Part shown: positions 1 through 11,880 of the stretch, in pieces
How the letters are laid out: each line of letters opens with the position of its first letter
Numbering within the stretch: the first letter of the stretch is position 1
Assembly (NCBI GenBank): GCA_021432655.1
Contig: MU271200.1
Span: 114,159-175,320, forward strand
DNA length: 61,162 nucleotides
Direction of reading: 5' to 3'
DNA from: Atractiella rhizophila
Lineage: Eukaryota
Made by a program: the position numbers and the translations under genes
The notes under the pieces: generated by a model
What the model saw: the letters and a program-made list of their open reading frames with translations, nothing else
Told to the model about the DNA's origin: nothing
The model's database searches: none

Positions 1-1919
1 ACAGAAGCGGCTTTTCTTTCCACGTCGTACTCGACAGTGTACGGAGGGACCAAGGAGCGTACAACTTGCTTTTAGGGCCGTGCTGAGTGGCCCAGAAGCG
101 GTTGATGTCCTTGAAAGCGCGTGGGAGGACGAGACGGAGGATGTGTTGGAGACGGAGGGTGCGAGGGAGGGAGTGGGTGTGCGTCTTGGAGAGGTAGGTG
201 ATGGTCGTGCTGAGGGTGTGGTGTGAGATGACGAACTGGTCCGGAGGGAGGACGGAGGTCAGTCCTTGAAGGGAAGGGTTATGTAGGTTCGGACGGAGGC
301 GGAAGAAGTAGACCGCGAGCAGGTCGTTGGCTGCTTGGTTTTCGCGCAGGTGAGCGAAGGCGGAGAGGAGGAGGTTGATCGTCCGCCAGTGGAGTGGGAA
401 GAGCGGAGAGGAGGGAGAGGTTGTGGTGGGTGTCGGGGAGGAAGAGACGAAAGGGGAGGGGGAGAGGAAGAGGGTTTGGAGCAGGAGGTAGGCGAGCTCG
501 ATGGAGCGAAGGCGACGGAGGACGAAGAAGAGAAGGTCATGCCAATTCTGAGCAGTGAGATGGAGATTGGAGGCCATATTCTCTGATGGCTGTGACGGAG
601 ATGTCTGGCCATCTTCAGTTTCTTGTGGGAGGATAACCGCGCAACGGTAGCCCAAGGAGGGATGTCTTCCCTCCACGATGACCCTCCCCGTGACAGCCTG
701 CAACCACCTAACAACCATCCAATCGGTCGCACACCATCCCTTCTTCCTCTGCAAACTCTTATTAACCCGACGCCTCCGCCCTCCGCCCTCCTCCTCCCCC
801 GGCCCAACACCCCTTGGCAAATTGTGTTTCCGAAACCTCCAAAAATGTCTTACATCCCTCATCTCTCCCACCTGTACCAAGAACAACCAAAACTGGCTCC
901 ACGGGAACCCTTTCGGCACATTTCCTCCATCGAGTATCATCGGAATGAGAGGGTGATTAGCGACGGCACCCGCAAAGGGATGGTGTGAGGAAGGTTTGGG
1001 GACGAAGAGTCGGGCGAAGGCAAGAACACCGGTGGGATGCCGAAGGAAGTGGAGGGGGAGGGACTCGTACCGGTAGGCGGTGAGAAGGGTGACGAACTCA
1101 TCGAGCAGGATTCTCGTGAGGGAGAGAGGTGGGGAGTCCATGGATCGGTAGCTGAGAAGGGTACGGAGGAAGGAGACGAGTCGTGGATCGGCTGGTGAAG
1201 TGGATGGGTTCGTGATTATGTCCGTGGTGGTTGGAGGGTTTGTTTCCTTCGACGATGTGGAAGTTTCTGCCCAGCGCTCCTGCACAAACGGAAACGTTCG
1301 TCAATTGTGTATTAATGGTCAAGGAACGAAAGAGTCAACGCACTGCTTCCTCCTCATGCTTCGCCTCCTCCACCTCTAACTTTTTCTCCTCTTCATCCCA
1401 TTCTCGCATGGTGAGCGTATTCTTTTCACTCGTGGAACCTGAAGCAATAGTTGCAGCAGCCGTATGAACTTTTCTCCTTGAAGTTGAAGTCGGTCGCAGG
1501 AAAGGTGAATATGAGGATGTCGTGGAAGGAGAAAACGATTTTGGGACCCAAACGACGCCAACTTCTTCTGTCGACCCGAAGGAAACGCGACCGTCCCACT
1601 CCTTCCTCATCCTTGAGTACACATTGGCCAATCCTCGCACTACGTTCCCCGCCCCTCTCCGCATCCCTTCACCATCCGCAACCTCTGTCGCTACCGCATC
1701 CAATCTCTGGTTTTTATGGCGCTCCTCATCTAAACTCGAAAAGGTGGAAGAGGTGGAGGAGAGCTGTGTCCTAAGAGCGGAATGGGTGAGGTGGGCGAAG
1801 ACGAACGGCGCGAGGAGGAGCAGGCCAAGTGCGTCGGTAGTTGGCAATGCGCTGGGGTCAGTGAAGAGTGCGCGTGTGCCTGTCGGATGGCGTGGGCGCT
1901 GGGAGAGTCGACGGATCAT
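1..1919 (-). CDS. Partial gene (3' end runs off the window), putative mitochondrial helical-repeat/PPR-like protein
   Basis: ORF 1335-1919 starts MIRRLSQRPRHPTGTRALF (Arg-rich, presequence-like). A GT-AG intron lies at about 1280-1343. One frame then stays open from about 1278 to base 1 (WHDLLFFVLRRLRSIELAYLLLQ, TINLLLSAFAHL). The PPR call is weak. Confidence 0.55.
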
Positions 1920-2009
1920 CTAACTTTGCCATTTGAAATGGTTAAAATATTTCAAATGAAAAACAATGGCTTGATAAATGTAATGTGTAAATTTGAAATG
2001 ATTAAAGCG

Positions 2010-5000
2010 ATGAGGATTTACGCTCCCCGTCGTGTCTTCCTCGCGCTTCTGCTGCTCGTTTCGCTCCTTCTCTTCCTCCATCTCTCTTCCTCTCTCTCTC
2101 CACTCTCGTCTCCCTTCGATTCCATACTCTCACGGCACTCTTCAACGGAAAAGTACCAATGGAAGGACATAGACTTAAGGCTGCTCTTCAAACCATCGCG
2201 CGCTGCCTCCGCCACCATCAATGCTTATGACCACAGGGTGGCCAGGTGGGGTACGTTTACTTTTCTGCGAATTGAATCTGGCGGTTATCTTACTAACTGA
2301 TGTTCCCGCGTGGATAACAGTCAATCCACTCATTGGAACCAGGAACGGGGGGCACACCTTTGCTGGTGCCTCTAGGCCTTGGGGAAGCGTTAAGGGTACG
2401 TTAGACCGTTCACTCTTTTGTCGTCCTCATAAGTTGCCATTCCGCTTGGACGTGGATGAGAGTCATTGTTTATGAATGAGCGAAAACCCTGAGAGCTCTC
2501 TCTCAATTTGAAAGCTTTGTGATATAAAGATGACTAAGGCATTAAATACACAACTTTCTTATTTCTCTCATTGGAAGGGGAGGTGCTCTAGCAAGGAGAA
2601 GGGGCAGTCTCTGATTTCTGGTCATTCCGCATTCCCGAAACTATTTGTCGATGTGCAGTACGCTTCCCGTTCTTCGTCTCCGCGCGCGAACATGTGGAGA
2701 CAGCTTAAAATTGTTGCTTGGTTCGGTCCTTCGCTGGCTGCAGTGTGGATCACACTTCTTCTGGTTCTTGAATGGCCAAAAGCTCTTCCATTATTATGGG
2801 ACTTACGGTCTCGCTCATCCAACGAGTTAGAATATGTGATCATTCAGAAACTTGACCACTGAGACATTGGCATGTGCCAGCTGTGAACTTCCCTTTTGTT
2901 GAGTAAACGAGTGAAGTTTGGAATGTCGGAGGACTCGATAGCTCGCCCCTGTAACAGCTCAGAATGGGTGAGAAGTACATAGGTTGAGCATGTTGTTTCA
3001 AACATCGCTTAGCAGCTCATTGTGAACAGTAGTGAAGTTTTCTAACATGCTCAGCCATCTGTAGCCGGCGCGCCAATACTTTTACACCGACTTTATACTC
3101 TTCTTCATGCACATGCCACTTGTATAACAGAACCTCACTGATCTTCCCAAATTGCAGCGGTCGCAGACACTCTTTCCACTGACAACGCTGCTGGCTTCGT
3201 CTCAGACGACAGTCCCATCACTGGAATCTCACAACTGCATGACGATGGAACTGGGGGAACGGCGTCCTTGGGAAACTTCAAGCTGTTCCCTACTTGGTGC
3301 GACATAGCTTCCGTCGAACACGGCGATGAGGAGCGGTGCGTGGTCGAGGAACGTCTCCGTGCTGTCAACAGGGTGAATGGGAGCATCGGTCAGTTATTTA
3401 CTTCTTTACTCTATCCTTTACTTTCCTCCCCTCTGATTTTTGTATCTGATGTGTTGAGGAATAGTGGCTAAGCCGGGATCCTTCAAGATTGACCTCATGA
3501 ACGGGGTTCGTGCTGAAGTAGCGACCACTGAACGTGCGGCACTACATCGATTCACGTATTCACCAAAGCCCTTCTCAAAGGAAGCATCGCGACCTGCGCT
3601 GATGGTAGACTTGGCGAACGATTTGCACCATTCTTTCGTGTCGTTCGTCCACGTCTTCCTCTTCAGGAACTGAGGTGATGTTTGGCGGCAGGGGCAATAT
3701 CAGTTGGGATCTGATGGACTCCAAAGGAACAATCAGGGTGGTCGGCTCTGGCTCTTTTCGTCCTTCATTTGGAGACGGTTTATACCCTGTCCGTTCCCTC
3801 TCCTTCCTCCTAATTACCTAAAGGAAGAATAGGCACATTTCTGCCTAGATACCACAGATGCGACGTTTGTCCTCCCAACATATTCCTTTCCATGACAGCA
3901 TGATCGACTGAGGAGCTGGTAGGAACGTCGTCCTTTATTCGGGAACGAATCGGTATGATCGCACAAAAACTCAAGGGCTTACGAAACTCACCATGAGTAC
4001 GCCCTCCTCTCCTATGCATTCAACCTTATTAATCGAGATCGCAGCGGGCCACGGCGCGCTCATCCAGTTCCCACGAACCCGCAAGCGATTCACACAGCTC
4101 GTCCGCATTGGCGTCTCGTACCGTTCTATCGAGCACGCCTGTTCGTACGCCGAAGACAGCATCCCGCTTTACAGCTCACAAGTCTTCGACGAGCTCGCGA
4201 GGGCAGGAGAAGACGAGTGGAACTCAGTGTTGGGAGATAGGTTGAAGGTTGACTTTGGACCTGGACGAGAAGCGGAGAACAGGAAGGAGAACTTTTGGAG
4301 TTCGCTCTATAGGACTTATTTGAGCCCGAATAACGTCACGGGAGACAATCCAGGGTGGAATACGGAAGGAACTCCCATGTTTGATAGTTGGTATTGCATT
4401 TGGGACACCTTTAGAGTCGTCCATCCACTCTTCGTTATGCTCCAGCCGGAGGTACAGGCTGAGATGGTGAGAGCGCTCATTGGTTAGCCTTGATCATGAA
4501 GTCAGGAAGGGAGAAGTTGAAGATCAGTGCAGATATTTACGACCACATGGGATATCTTCCAGACTGTCGAATGTCCTTCTCACTCGGTGAGCCTCCTCAC
4601 CATGATCTCTCACAGACGGCTAACCTGGAAATTAACAGGATACAGTCAAGGCGTAAGCTCTTGCTCCTCTTGCACGATACCACCCTAAAGGATGAGAAGG
4701 GGAGCAATGCAGATTCTTTGCTCGCGGACAGTTATGTCAAGAACATTACGAAGGGCATTGATTGGGAACACGCTTATGAAGCCGTATGGCAACCCCTCTT
4801 TGTTCCATTCCACTAAATCAAAGCGAGTGTAGATGAAGAAAGATGCGACTGTTCCTCCTGATGATTGGAGGTGTGTTTTGTTTTATCCGACTCTGTTGTG
4901 TGCATGGCTAATGGTGAGTAAGGTGGCAAGGTCGAGGAGACATAGAGTTGAGGAATGAGTTTGGGTATGTGCCAGGCGATGAGTCTTTACCACGGCATGG

Positions 5001-6129
5001 GAGGGGGATAACAGGAAGGTAGGTTTTTGGTATTTCTCAGCGAGGATTATTCAACCATGATGTGGCCAGAACCGCGAGCCGGATGATGGAATATGTGTAC
5101 AATGTGAGCGTCTCCACTTCTAGGAAGATCGCTTTCTGAACAAGTGATTAAAGGACTTTTCTATTGCGCTGGTGGCACGCGGATTGGGGAAAACGGACGA
5201 TTATCTGCACTTTTTAAATGCTTCTAGGGAATGGGAAAACCTGTGGAACCCCAATTCGACTGACGACGGATTTCATGGGTTCATTATGCCTCGCCTGACG
5301 AATGGCCAGTTCAAATTCGTTTATCCCAAACAGTGCTCGCCGAAGATGTTTCAAAGCTCCTGCTATCTCACAGCACGAGGCTCCGACTTTTAGTGCGTCC
5401 ATCACACGTAACATCTTATGGGGTTAAATATTACATCATACAGCGAGGCAGCAAGTTGGGAATATTCCTTTTTCCCAGCCATGCATGATGCCTACAGGCT
5501 CATCGACAAGATGGGAGGCGATGAACGCTTCGTCGAACGGCTAGATGCTGGCTGGGATAACGGACTGTTGGACATCGGGAACGAGCCCGCCTTCCTAGTG
5601 GCATACATGTACGCGTGGGCAGGTCGACCAGCGAAGACCACAACTCGGAAGCTATGGATATTGGAGCAATCCTTCAATACATCGACCAACGGTCTACCAG
5701 GAAACGACGATGCTGGTTCGATGGGGGCGTTCGTTGTTTGGTCCTACCTCGGCGCGTTCTTATCCAATGATGTGAAATGGAACCCTGATTAATGAAGCAG
5801 GCCTGTTTCCACTTGCCGGAACCCCGATTTACCTCCTCTCCACCCCTCTCGTGCGCTCGTTCGCCATCCTCAATCCTCTCACCTCCGTAACGACGTATGT
5901 GCGGACGGTCAACTTTGATGCTGGATCAAAAAAGCCACAACATATTCAGAGGATCGAGCTGGACGGGGTCGAGTACACTCGCAACTGGATAACACATCAA
6001 GAGCTCTTTAAGGAGACGGAGACAGAGATGGTGATTGAGCTCGGGGAGGACGAGAGCGAGTGGGCAACTAGGAAAGAAGACAGACCGCCAGCTGCAGCTG
6101 GCATTGTGGATGCGACATTTGGACGCTGA
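2010..6129 (+). CDS. Glycoside hydrolase family 92 (alpha-1,2-mannosidase-like), multi-exon, N-terminal signal/anchor
   Basis: Motifs VNPLIGTRNGGHTFAGASRPWGSVK, HDDGTGGTASLGNF, WDTFRVVHPL, GSNAD, IGNEP and LPGNDDAGSMG occur across spliced exons. The N-terminus RRVFLALLLLVSLLLFL is hydrophobic. Confidence 0.93.
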
Positions 6130-6581
6130 GTACCTCGTTTTCTTTAATGGACATGCACTTTGTTTTGTTTTGCAAGTTGTATTTCATTTCTGGGACGGTC
6201 ACTACGATGAGCGCATTGCAGTACTATGGATTCCATTCTTTTAGAACCGTTTAGTAGAACATTTGTCGTTCGTTCCTACTGATCTTTGTAATGTTGCTAT
6301 GGCACAAATTCATTACTGAAGCTTGAAGCATGGTCCATTGATATACAATCAGAACTCAAACCCTGTCCATCGCCAATTAAATTCCCCAGTCAACGTTTCC
6401 CAATCCCAGATGACTTCGTATTCGTCTGTGAAAGCGAAAAGAAGCTCGTCCATTAATGTCCAATCTGAAATCAAATCATGTCCTTTGACAATTTGCCATT
6501 CATTGCTTTCTAACCGTGATAGTCCATGATCGAAGCAGTCGAAAAGAGGCAAAGCGAGGTCCATGCTTCAAAAGAGATCGT

Positions 6582-7550
6582 TTAACAAGTCCCAGGATTA
6601 AACGGATTCTTCATATTCGTTGGAAGTTAGGCGAATACCGTATATCAGCTGACATTTTTGGAAAGCGTAGGACGGTAAAAAGGCTTACCCAGTCTGAACA
6701 AAGATTGATGGTCGGTTGGGCAGACCTGAATGTCCATGGCTTATCAGTGATAAGTTCACGAAGAACAAATGATTGCTCACTGAAATTCGATCAGGTAAGG
6801 TTGGGCCGTACCAGCGGGCTGGTACGCTTGCCTCTCCACAACTCTCAACTGTTTAAAAATCCTGCTTCAGCTCATTATCACTGTGGCTGCAAATGCGACT
6901 GACTGCAAAAGGACCGCGAGGAATGGTTCCATCAGTCGGGAATTGAGCGGGACTGTGTACACTACATTGAGTCGACTTGGGACTGGGAGGAGCAAGCAAC
7001 TGACAGCGTGAGAGGGACGTTTATTTGTGCGCCTTTGGAAGTGGGTGAGAACTCGCCCAAGTCGACCAATTCGCCGCCGAATTGGGGAACAATCGAAACT
7101 ACACAGTGTCACGGATTGTTCGTGTCAGCCCGACAACATTGCATCTGTTGTTGTGAAATCAGCTGACCTTTGATGTGCGTCGTATAGACCTTGTACTGTG
7201 AGTTAGACACGGAGACCGAATTGTACTTGATCGGGATGAACCCTGCGTCAAAAAAAAGTTGTCTTAGAGGAAACAAGACAGTTAATGAGGGACATAACCT
7301 ACCGCCCCAGAGCCAGTTGGTTGTATAGGAAGATCCACCGGCAGGGGAAACCAACGATCCTACCCCGATTTCAATGAGAAATGTCTGGTCTCCCAAATTG
7401 TTCAGCTAAAGGTGACGAACCTGAAGGGCCAGGCGAAGGTGGACACTTGGAAGGTTGAGCCTTGCAATCGATAGGAAGAGGAACGACTGGCGGGGCAGGG
7501 ACACCCTGAAACAAACCAAAAAAGACTGCTGCACAGGCGATGAATTTCAT
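6582..7550 (-). CDS. Small secreted protein, family copy A (8 exons, ~178 aa)
   Basis: Manual splicing gives MKFIACAAVFFGLFQGVPAPPVVPLPIDCKAQPSKC...FSPTSKGAQINVP...PAQFPTDGTIP...LRVVERQAYQP...INLCSDWNPFNPGTC*. All introns are GT-AG and the exon structure matches copy B. Confidence 0.85.
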
Positions 7551-8260
7551 GACTTTCGCAGAAATTAAAAGCAATGAGCCCCTCTCCTCAGACTCAGCTT
7601 GGCCAGCTTTTATGGCTTTCTCGGGAACTAGGACTAGTCAACACCCACACCGTCATGTCCTGGTACTGAGTGATAATATTCAGTTGCCCACTGTTCTCAG
7701 AGCAAACTGCCATAATCGAGATCTGGATGGCATGCCTGGATGTATGCACCACTTGCTGGGCTGACCACTGAGATTTATGAAGTTGTTACGAACACGCACG
7801 TACATGAACCTTAATAATGCAACAATGCGATGGATGTTGACGACGGTGGGTCGAGGCACAGAGGGACCAGCTCCAGGGTAATGCTGGGGCGTTCCCTTGA
7901 ACATTTGGATGCTATGTTTCGGAAATTATTGCATATGTACAAAGATGGTATTTTCTGTGCTGCGCAACTTGCTCATGATGCACTTTTATGGTGTCTATGC
8001 CGAATCAACAAAATCTTGAAGTGATCCTCATTCCGATAAAAAGTTAACATTCTTTTACAAATTACGGTGCTGTCCATTTATTCTCTTTTATCTGCACATG
8101 TTGCACATTGTTGCTGCGAGCGAGCACATATTCATCATTTACGGTAAAACTTAATGAACTCAACGGAACATCAACTGTTATACATTTATGAAACCAAAAT
8201 CGTGTCCCTTGCGAGGTCCGGTCATCAGCCATCTTCCGAACATGATCGAGACTTGATTGT

Positions 8261-9329
8261 TCAACACGTTTGAGGGAGAACTGGATTCTGCAGCCATTTC
8301 AACACGTTAACGAGGTCTTTAAGTGCGGGTTGGTGACATGAAGGCTTACCCAGTCTGTGCAGAAATCGACGGTTGGCTGAGCAGACCTGAATGCCATGCA
8401 TAATCTCAGCAATAGTACATAATCCTAGGAAAATAATTGCTCACTGAAACTCGATCAAGTACGGTACAGTTGCGCCAGCAGGCTGATAGGCTTGCCTCTC
8501 CACGATTCTCAACTGTGTAGAGCGTTTGACATCAGTCATCATCGTTATCATTTTGAAGCGACGGATGGGAAGCTGGGTCGGGGAGACTGACTTGGAAATT
8601 GCCTTCAGGTATGGTGCCGTCCGTTGGGAATTGAGCGGGACTAGAAGCACACATTGAGCACTCTTGACTTAAGTCGGGGAGACTGACTTGGAAATTGCCT
8701 TCAGGTATGGTGCCGTCCGTTGGGAATTGAGCGGGACTAGAAGCACACATTGAGCACTCTTGACTTAGGAGCTAGGGAGGGAAGGAAGAGGACAGGAGCT
8801 GACTGACATGGTGACGGGAACATTTATTTGTGCACCTTTGGAGGTGGGCGAGAACGACCCGAGGTAGATCAAGTCGCTACCAGAATATCGCGGAACGATA
8901 TAAACTGTGTCACCAGCGTCAGTGCGGCACCGTATAGCTGGTGGACCGTGCTCGCCTCGGATGTGTGTGGTATAGACCTTATACTTAGAGTTGGACACAG
9001 AGACGGTGTTGTATTTAATGGGAATATATCCTGGACAAATTTAAAAAATGTTAATGCTGTAGCATCCGTGAACAGAACGCGACTCACCGCCATAGAGCCA
9101 GTTGGTTTTAAGATAAGCTCCACCAGCTGGAGAGACTAGAGATCCTATCCTCATAAATATCAGCAAATCCCAGTCCCTGTTGATAATGATGACAAGTACC
9201 TGAGGGACCGGGAGCTGGTGGACACTTGGATGGGTCAACCTTGCAATCGATAGGAAGAGGAACAATTGGGTCGGCACAAAAGCCCTGAAACAAAGTGAAA
9301 AATACTGCTGCACAAGTGATGAACTTCAT
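8261..9329 (-). CDS. Small secreted protein, family copy B (8 exons; exon 5 duplicated in this assembly)
   Basis: Spliced product MKFITCAAVFFTLFQGFCADPIVPLPIDCKVDPSKC...FSPTSKGAQINVP...PAQFPTDGTIPEGNFQ LRIVERQAYQP...VDFCTDWNPVLPQTC*. Intron positions are the same as in copy A. Confidence 0.85.
8577..8767. repeat. Tandem duplication 95 bp + A + 95 bp (probable assembly overlap)
   Basis: 8577-8671 is identical to 8673-8767 with an extra A at 8672. The mirrored allele has a single copy. Confidence 0.9.
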
Positions 9330-11271
9330 GTTGCTCGCAGAAAATCAAACAATCCCAATCTCATCACACTCAACTCAACCAGGCTTTTATAGGCTCCTCC
9401 CCAACATCCACGGGGTCATGTTAACAACAGTCAACATCAATGCTTCAATGGCCCACTGCTCTCAATGCGCCCAAGCCACATTAATGCGGGCTGAAAATGG
9501 CAACAGCGGACAGGGGCTTCTTCCATTCCTGTGTGTCAGTGAACGTACATGGCGCATCCGCTGATTTCAGTTGGCGTTTTCTGGTCTGGACTTCCGAAAT
9601 GAGCCATCTGTGATAACACCGTTCCTGTTTATGTGGGTGGAAAGGGCGAATGCAGAAGAGAAGAAATTAGAAATGCCCTGCGTCTGCTCTGAGGACGCAG
9701 TACAAGGGAAATATGGGAATTGCGCGGTAATGTGTTATGATGCATCATTAATCTCACCAGTTTTCCGCAACGTACTCTTCACTGTACTGCAGTGCTTCAC
9801 AGCTCCCCCTTCTTTCACCTATTCTCAGAGCCGCAGGTCTGAGCAACCGTATGAGCCAGAGTCATGACATTGTTTGGACGAGAATATTCGAATATCGAAT
9901 GCTTCGTTTTCCGCGCTGAGGGGGTAACTTAGTTTGTTTCGAGTTGTTTGCAAGCCATGTTAGGTTTCAGTGTGTGCTTGTGGTATTATGGTCTCCTTCA
10001 ATGTGGTACAACACAACCTTCACCGTGACTGTATCTTTGGATGTGGCCCCGTGAAGCTGTGACCCCTATCTCATTCCTTCGTTGCTGCAGTCACATATAT
10101 GATACTCGTTCCAATTACAGTTACAAATTACTCAAGCACGACACCATTTCTTATAAATTTATTTACCGTTGTCCAAGCGGGATGTTCCTCCGAAAGCTAT
10201 TGTACTATCCTCATAAATATCAGCAAATCCCAGTCCCCATTGATAATGATGGCGAGTGAGTACCTGAGGGACCAGGAGCCGGTGGACATTGGGATGGTTG
10301 AACCTTGCAATCGATGGGAAGAGGAACAATTGGGTCGGCACAAAAGCCCTGAAACAAAGTGAAAAATACAGCTGCACAAGTGATGAACTTCATGTTGCTC
10401 GCAGAAAATCAAACAATCCCAATCTCATCACACTCAACTCAACCAGGCTTTTATACGCTCCTCCCCAACATCCACGGGGTCATGTTAACAACAGTCAACA
10501 TCAATGCTTCAATGGCCCACTGCTCTCAATGCGCCCACAGCCACAATAATGCTGGCTGAAAATGGCAACAGCGGACAGGGGCTCCTTCCATGTTTGTGTG
10601 TCAGTGAACGTACATGCCGCATCCGCTGACTGCATTTGGCGTTTTCTGGTCTGGACTTCCGAAATGAGTCATCTGTGATAAGACCGTTCCTGTTTATGTG
10701 GGTGGAAAGGGAAATGCGGAAGAGAAGAAATTAGAAAATGCCCTGCGTCTGCTCTGACGACGCAGTACAAAGGGAAATATTGGAATTGCGCGGTAATGTG
10801 TTATGATGCATCATTAATCTCACCAGTTTTCCGCTACGTACTCCTCACTATACTGCAGTGCCTTCACAGCTCCCCCTTCTTTCACCTATTCTCAGAGCCG
10901 CAGGTCTGAGCAACCTAGTATGAGCTAGAGTCATGACATTGTTTGGACGAGAATATTCGAATATCGAATGCTTCGTTTTCCGCGCTGAAGGGGTAACTTA
11001 GTTTGTTTCGAGTTATTTGCAAGCCATGTTAGGTTTCATGATCAGTGTGTGCGTGTGGTATTATGGTCTCCTTCAATGTGGTACAACACAACCTTCACCG
11101 TGACTGTATCTTTGGATGTGGCCCCCTGAAGCTGTGACCCCTATCTCATTCCTTCGTTGCTGCAGTCACATATTCATTCCAATTACAGTTACAAATTACT
11201 CAAGCACGACACCATTTCTTATAAATTTATTTACCGTTGTCCAAGCGGGATGTTCCTCCGAAAGCTATTGT
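9145..11271. repeat. ~1.06-kb tandem duplication (9145-10203 / 10205-11271) containing exon 1 and upstream DNA of secreted-protein copy B
   Basis: Both units begin ctatcctcataaatatcagcaaatcc and end cgaaagctattgt. They differ by SNPs and small indels. A single A sits at junction 10204. Confidence 0.9.
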
Positions 11272-11367
11272 ATTCCAATTACAGTTACAAATTACTCAAG
11301 CACGACACCATTTCTTATAAATTTATTTACCGTTGTCCAAGCGGGATGTTCCTCCGAAAGCTATTGT
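11177..11367. repeat. Tandem duplication 95 bp + A + 95 bp (probable assembly overlap)
   Basis: 11177-11271 is identical to 11273-11367. Only one copy is present in the homologous block near 21496-21590. Confidence 0.9.
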
Positions 11368-11880
11368 TCAACATGGGATTCTTCACCGTTAGGAATGATG
11401 AAGAATTTGAAGTAAGTCAGTCGAGGAATCTTTAGGATCAAAACTTACCGGGTCCAAACAGAGACTGATGGTGGGTTGAGCGGAACTGAGTCAGATGGTA
11501 TCAGCAAAGGTTAATACCGAAAAGAATAAGTGATCACTTACTGAAACTCAATCAGGTCGGTTGCTGGTTCTTCGGCTGATACGCTTGCCTCTCCACGATT
11601 TGCAACTGCGTAGAAAATGCAGTTCCTCATCAGTATAGTCACTACAATGCGAATGTGATTGGAATAGGTTCAGGACGACTGACTCCGAAGGAACCATGAC
11701 GGGAATTGAGCTGGGCTTTGAGTTCCACATTGAGGACCTTGGAATTCAGAAGAAGAACTGAGAGCGACTGACAGAGTGGGGTGAACCTTCATTTCCGCGC
11801 CTTTGGAGGTTGGCGAAAACTCCTTGAGTTGGACTATCTTATGTCCCTTGTGGACAATGGAAACTGGTGGACCATTCAGC
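11330..11880 (-). pseudogene. Degenerate third paralog (copy C) of the secreted-protein family
   Basis: Exon remnants VSIVHKGHKIVQLKEFSPTSKGAEMKVHPTL, PAQFP, LQIVERQAYQP, SAQPTISLC and NPML. There is a frameshift near 11560 and no recognisable signal-peptide exon. A homologous copy lies at about 21550-22100. Confidence 0.65.

Noticed and set aside
6323..6571. Imperfect 14-bp inverted repeat (ttgaagcatggtcc / ggtccatgcttcaa) about 250 bp apart, MITE-like, enclosing a Trp-rich ORF
   Set aside because: There is no target-site duplication and no independent second copy. The ORF is frameshifted in the mirrored allele.
8577..8767. Exon-5 duplication in secreted-protein copy B as exon-level diversification
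   Set aside because: The copies are identical 95-bp units plus a filler A and the duplication is absent from the mirrored allele, so an assembly overlap is most likely.
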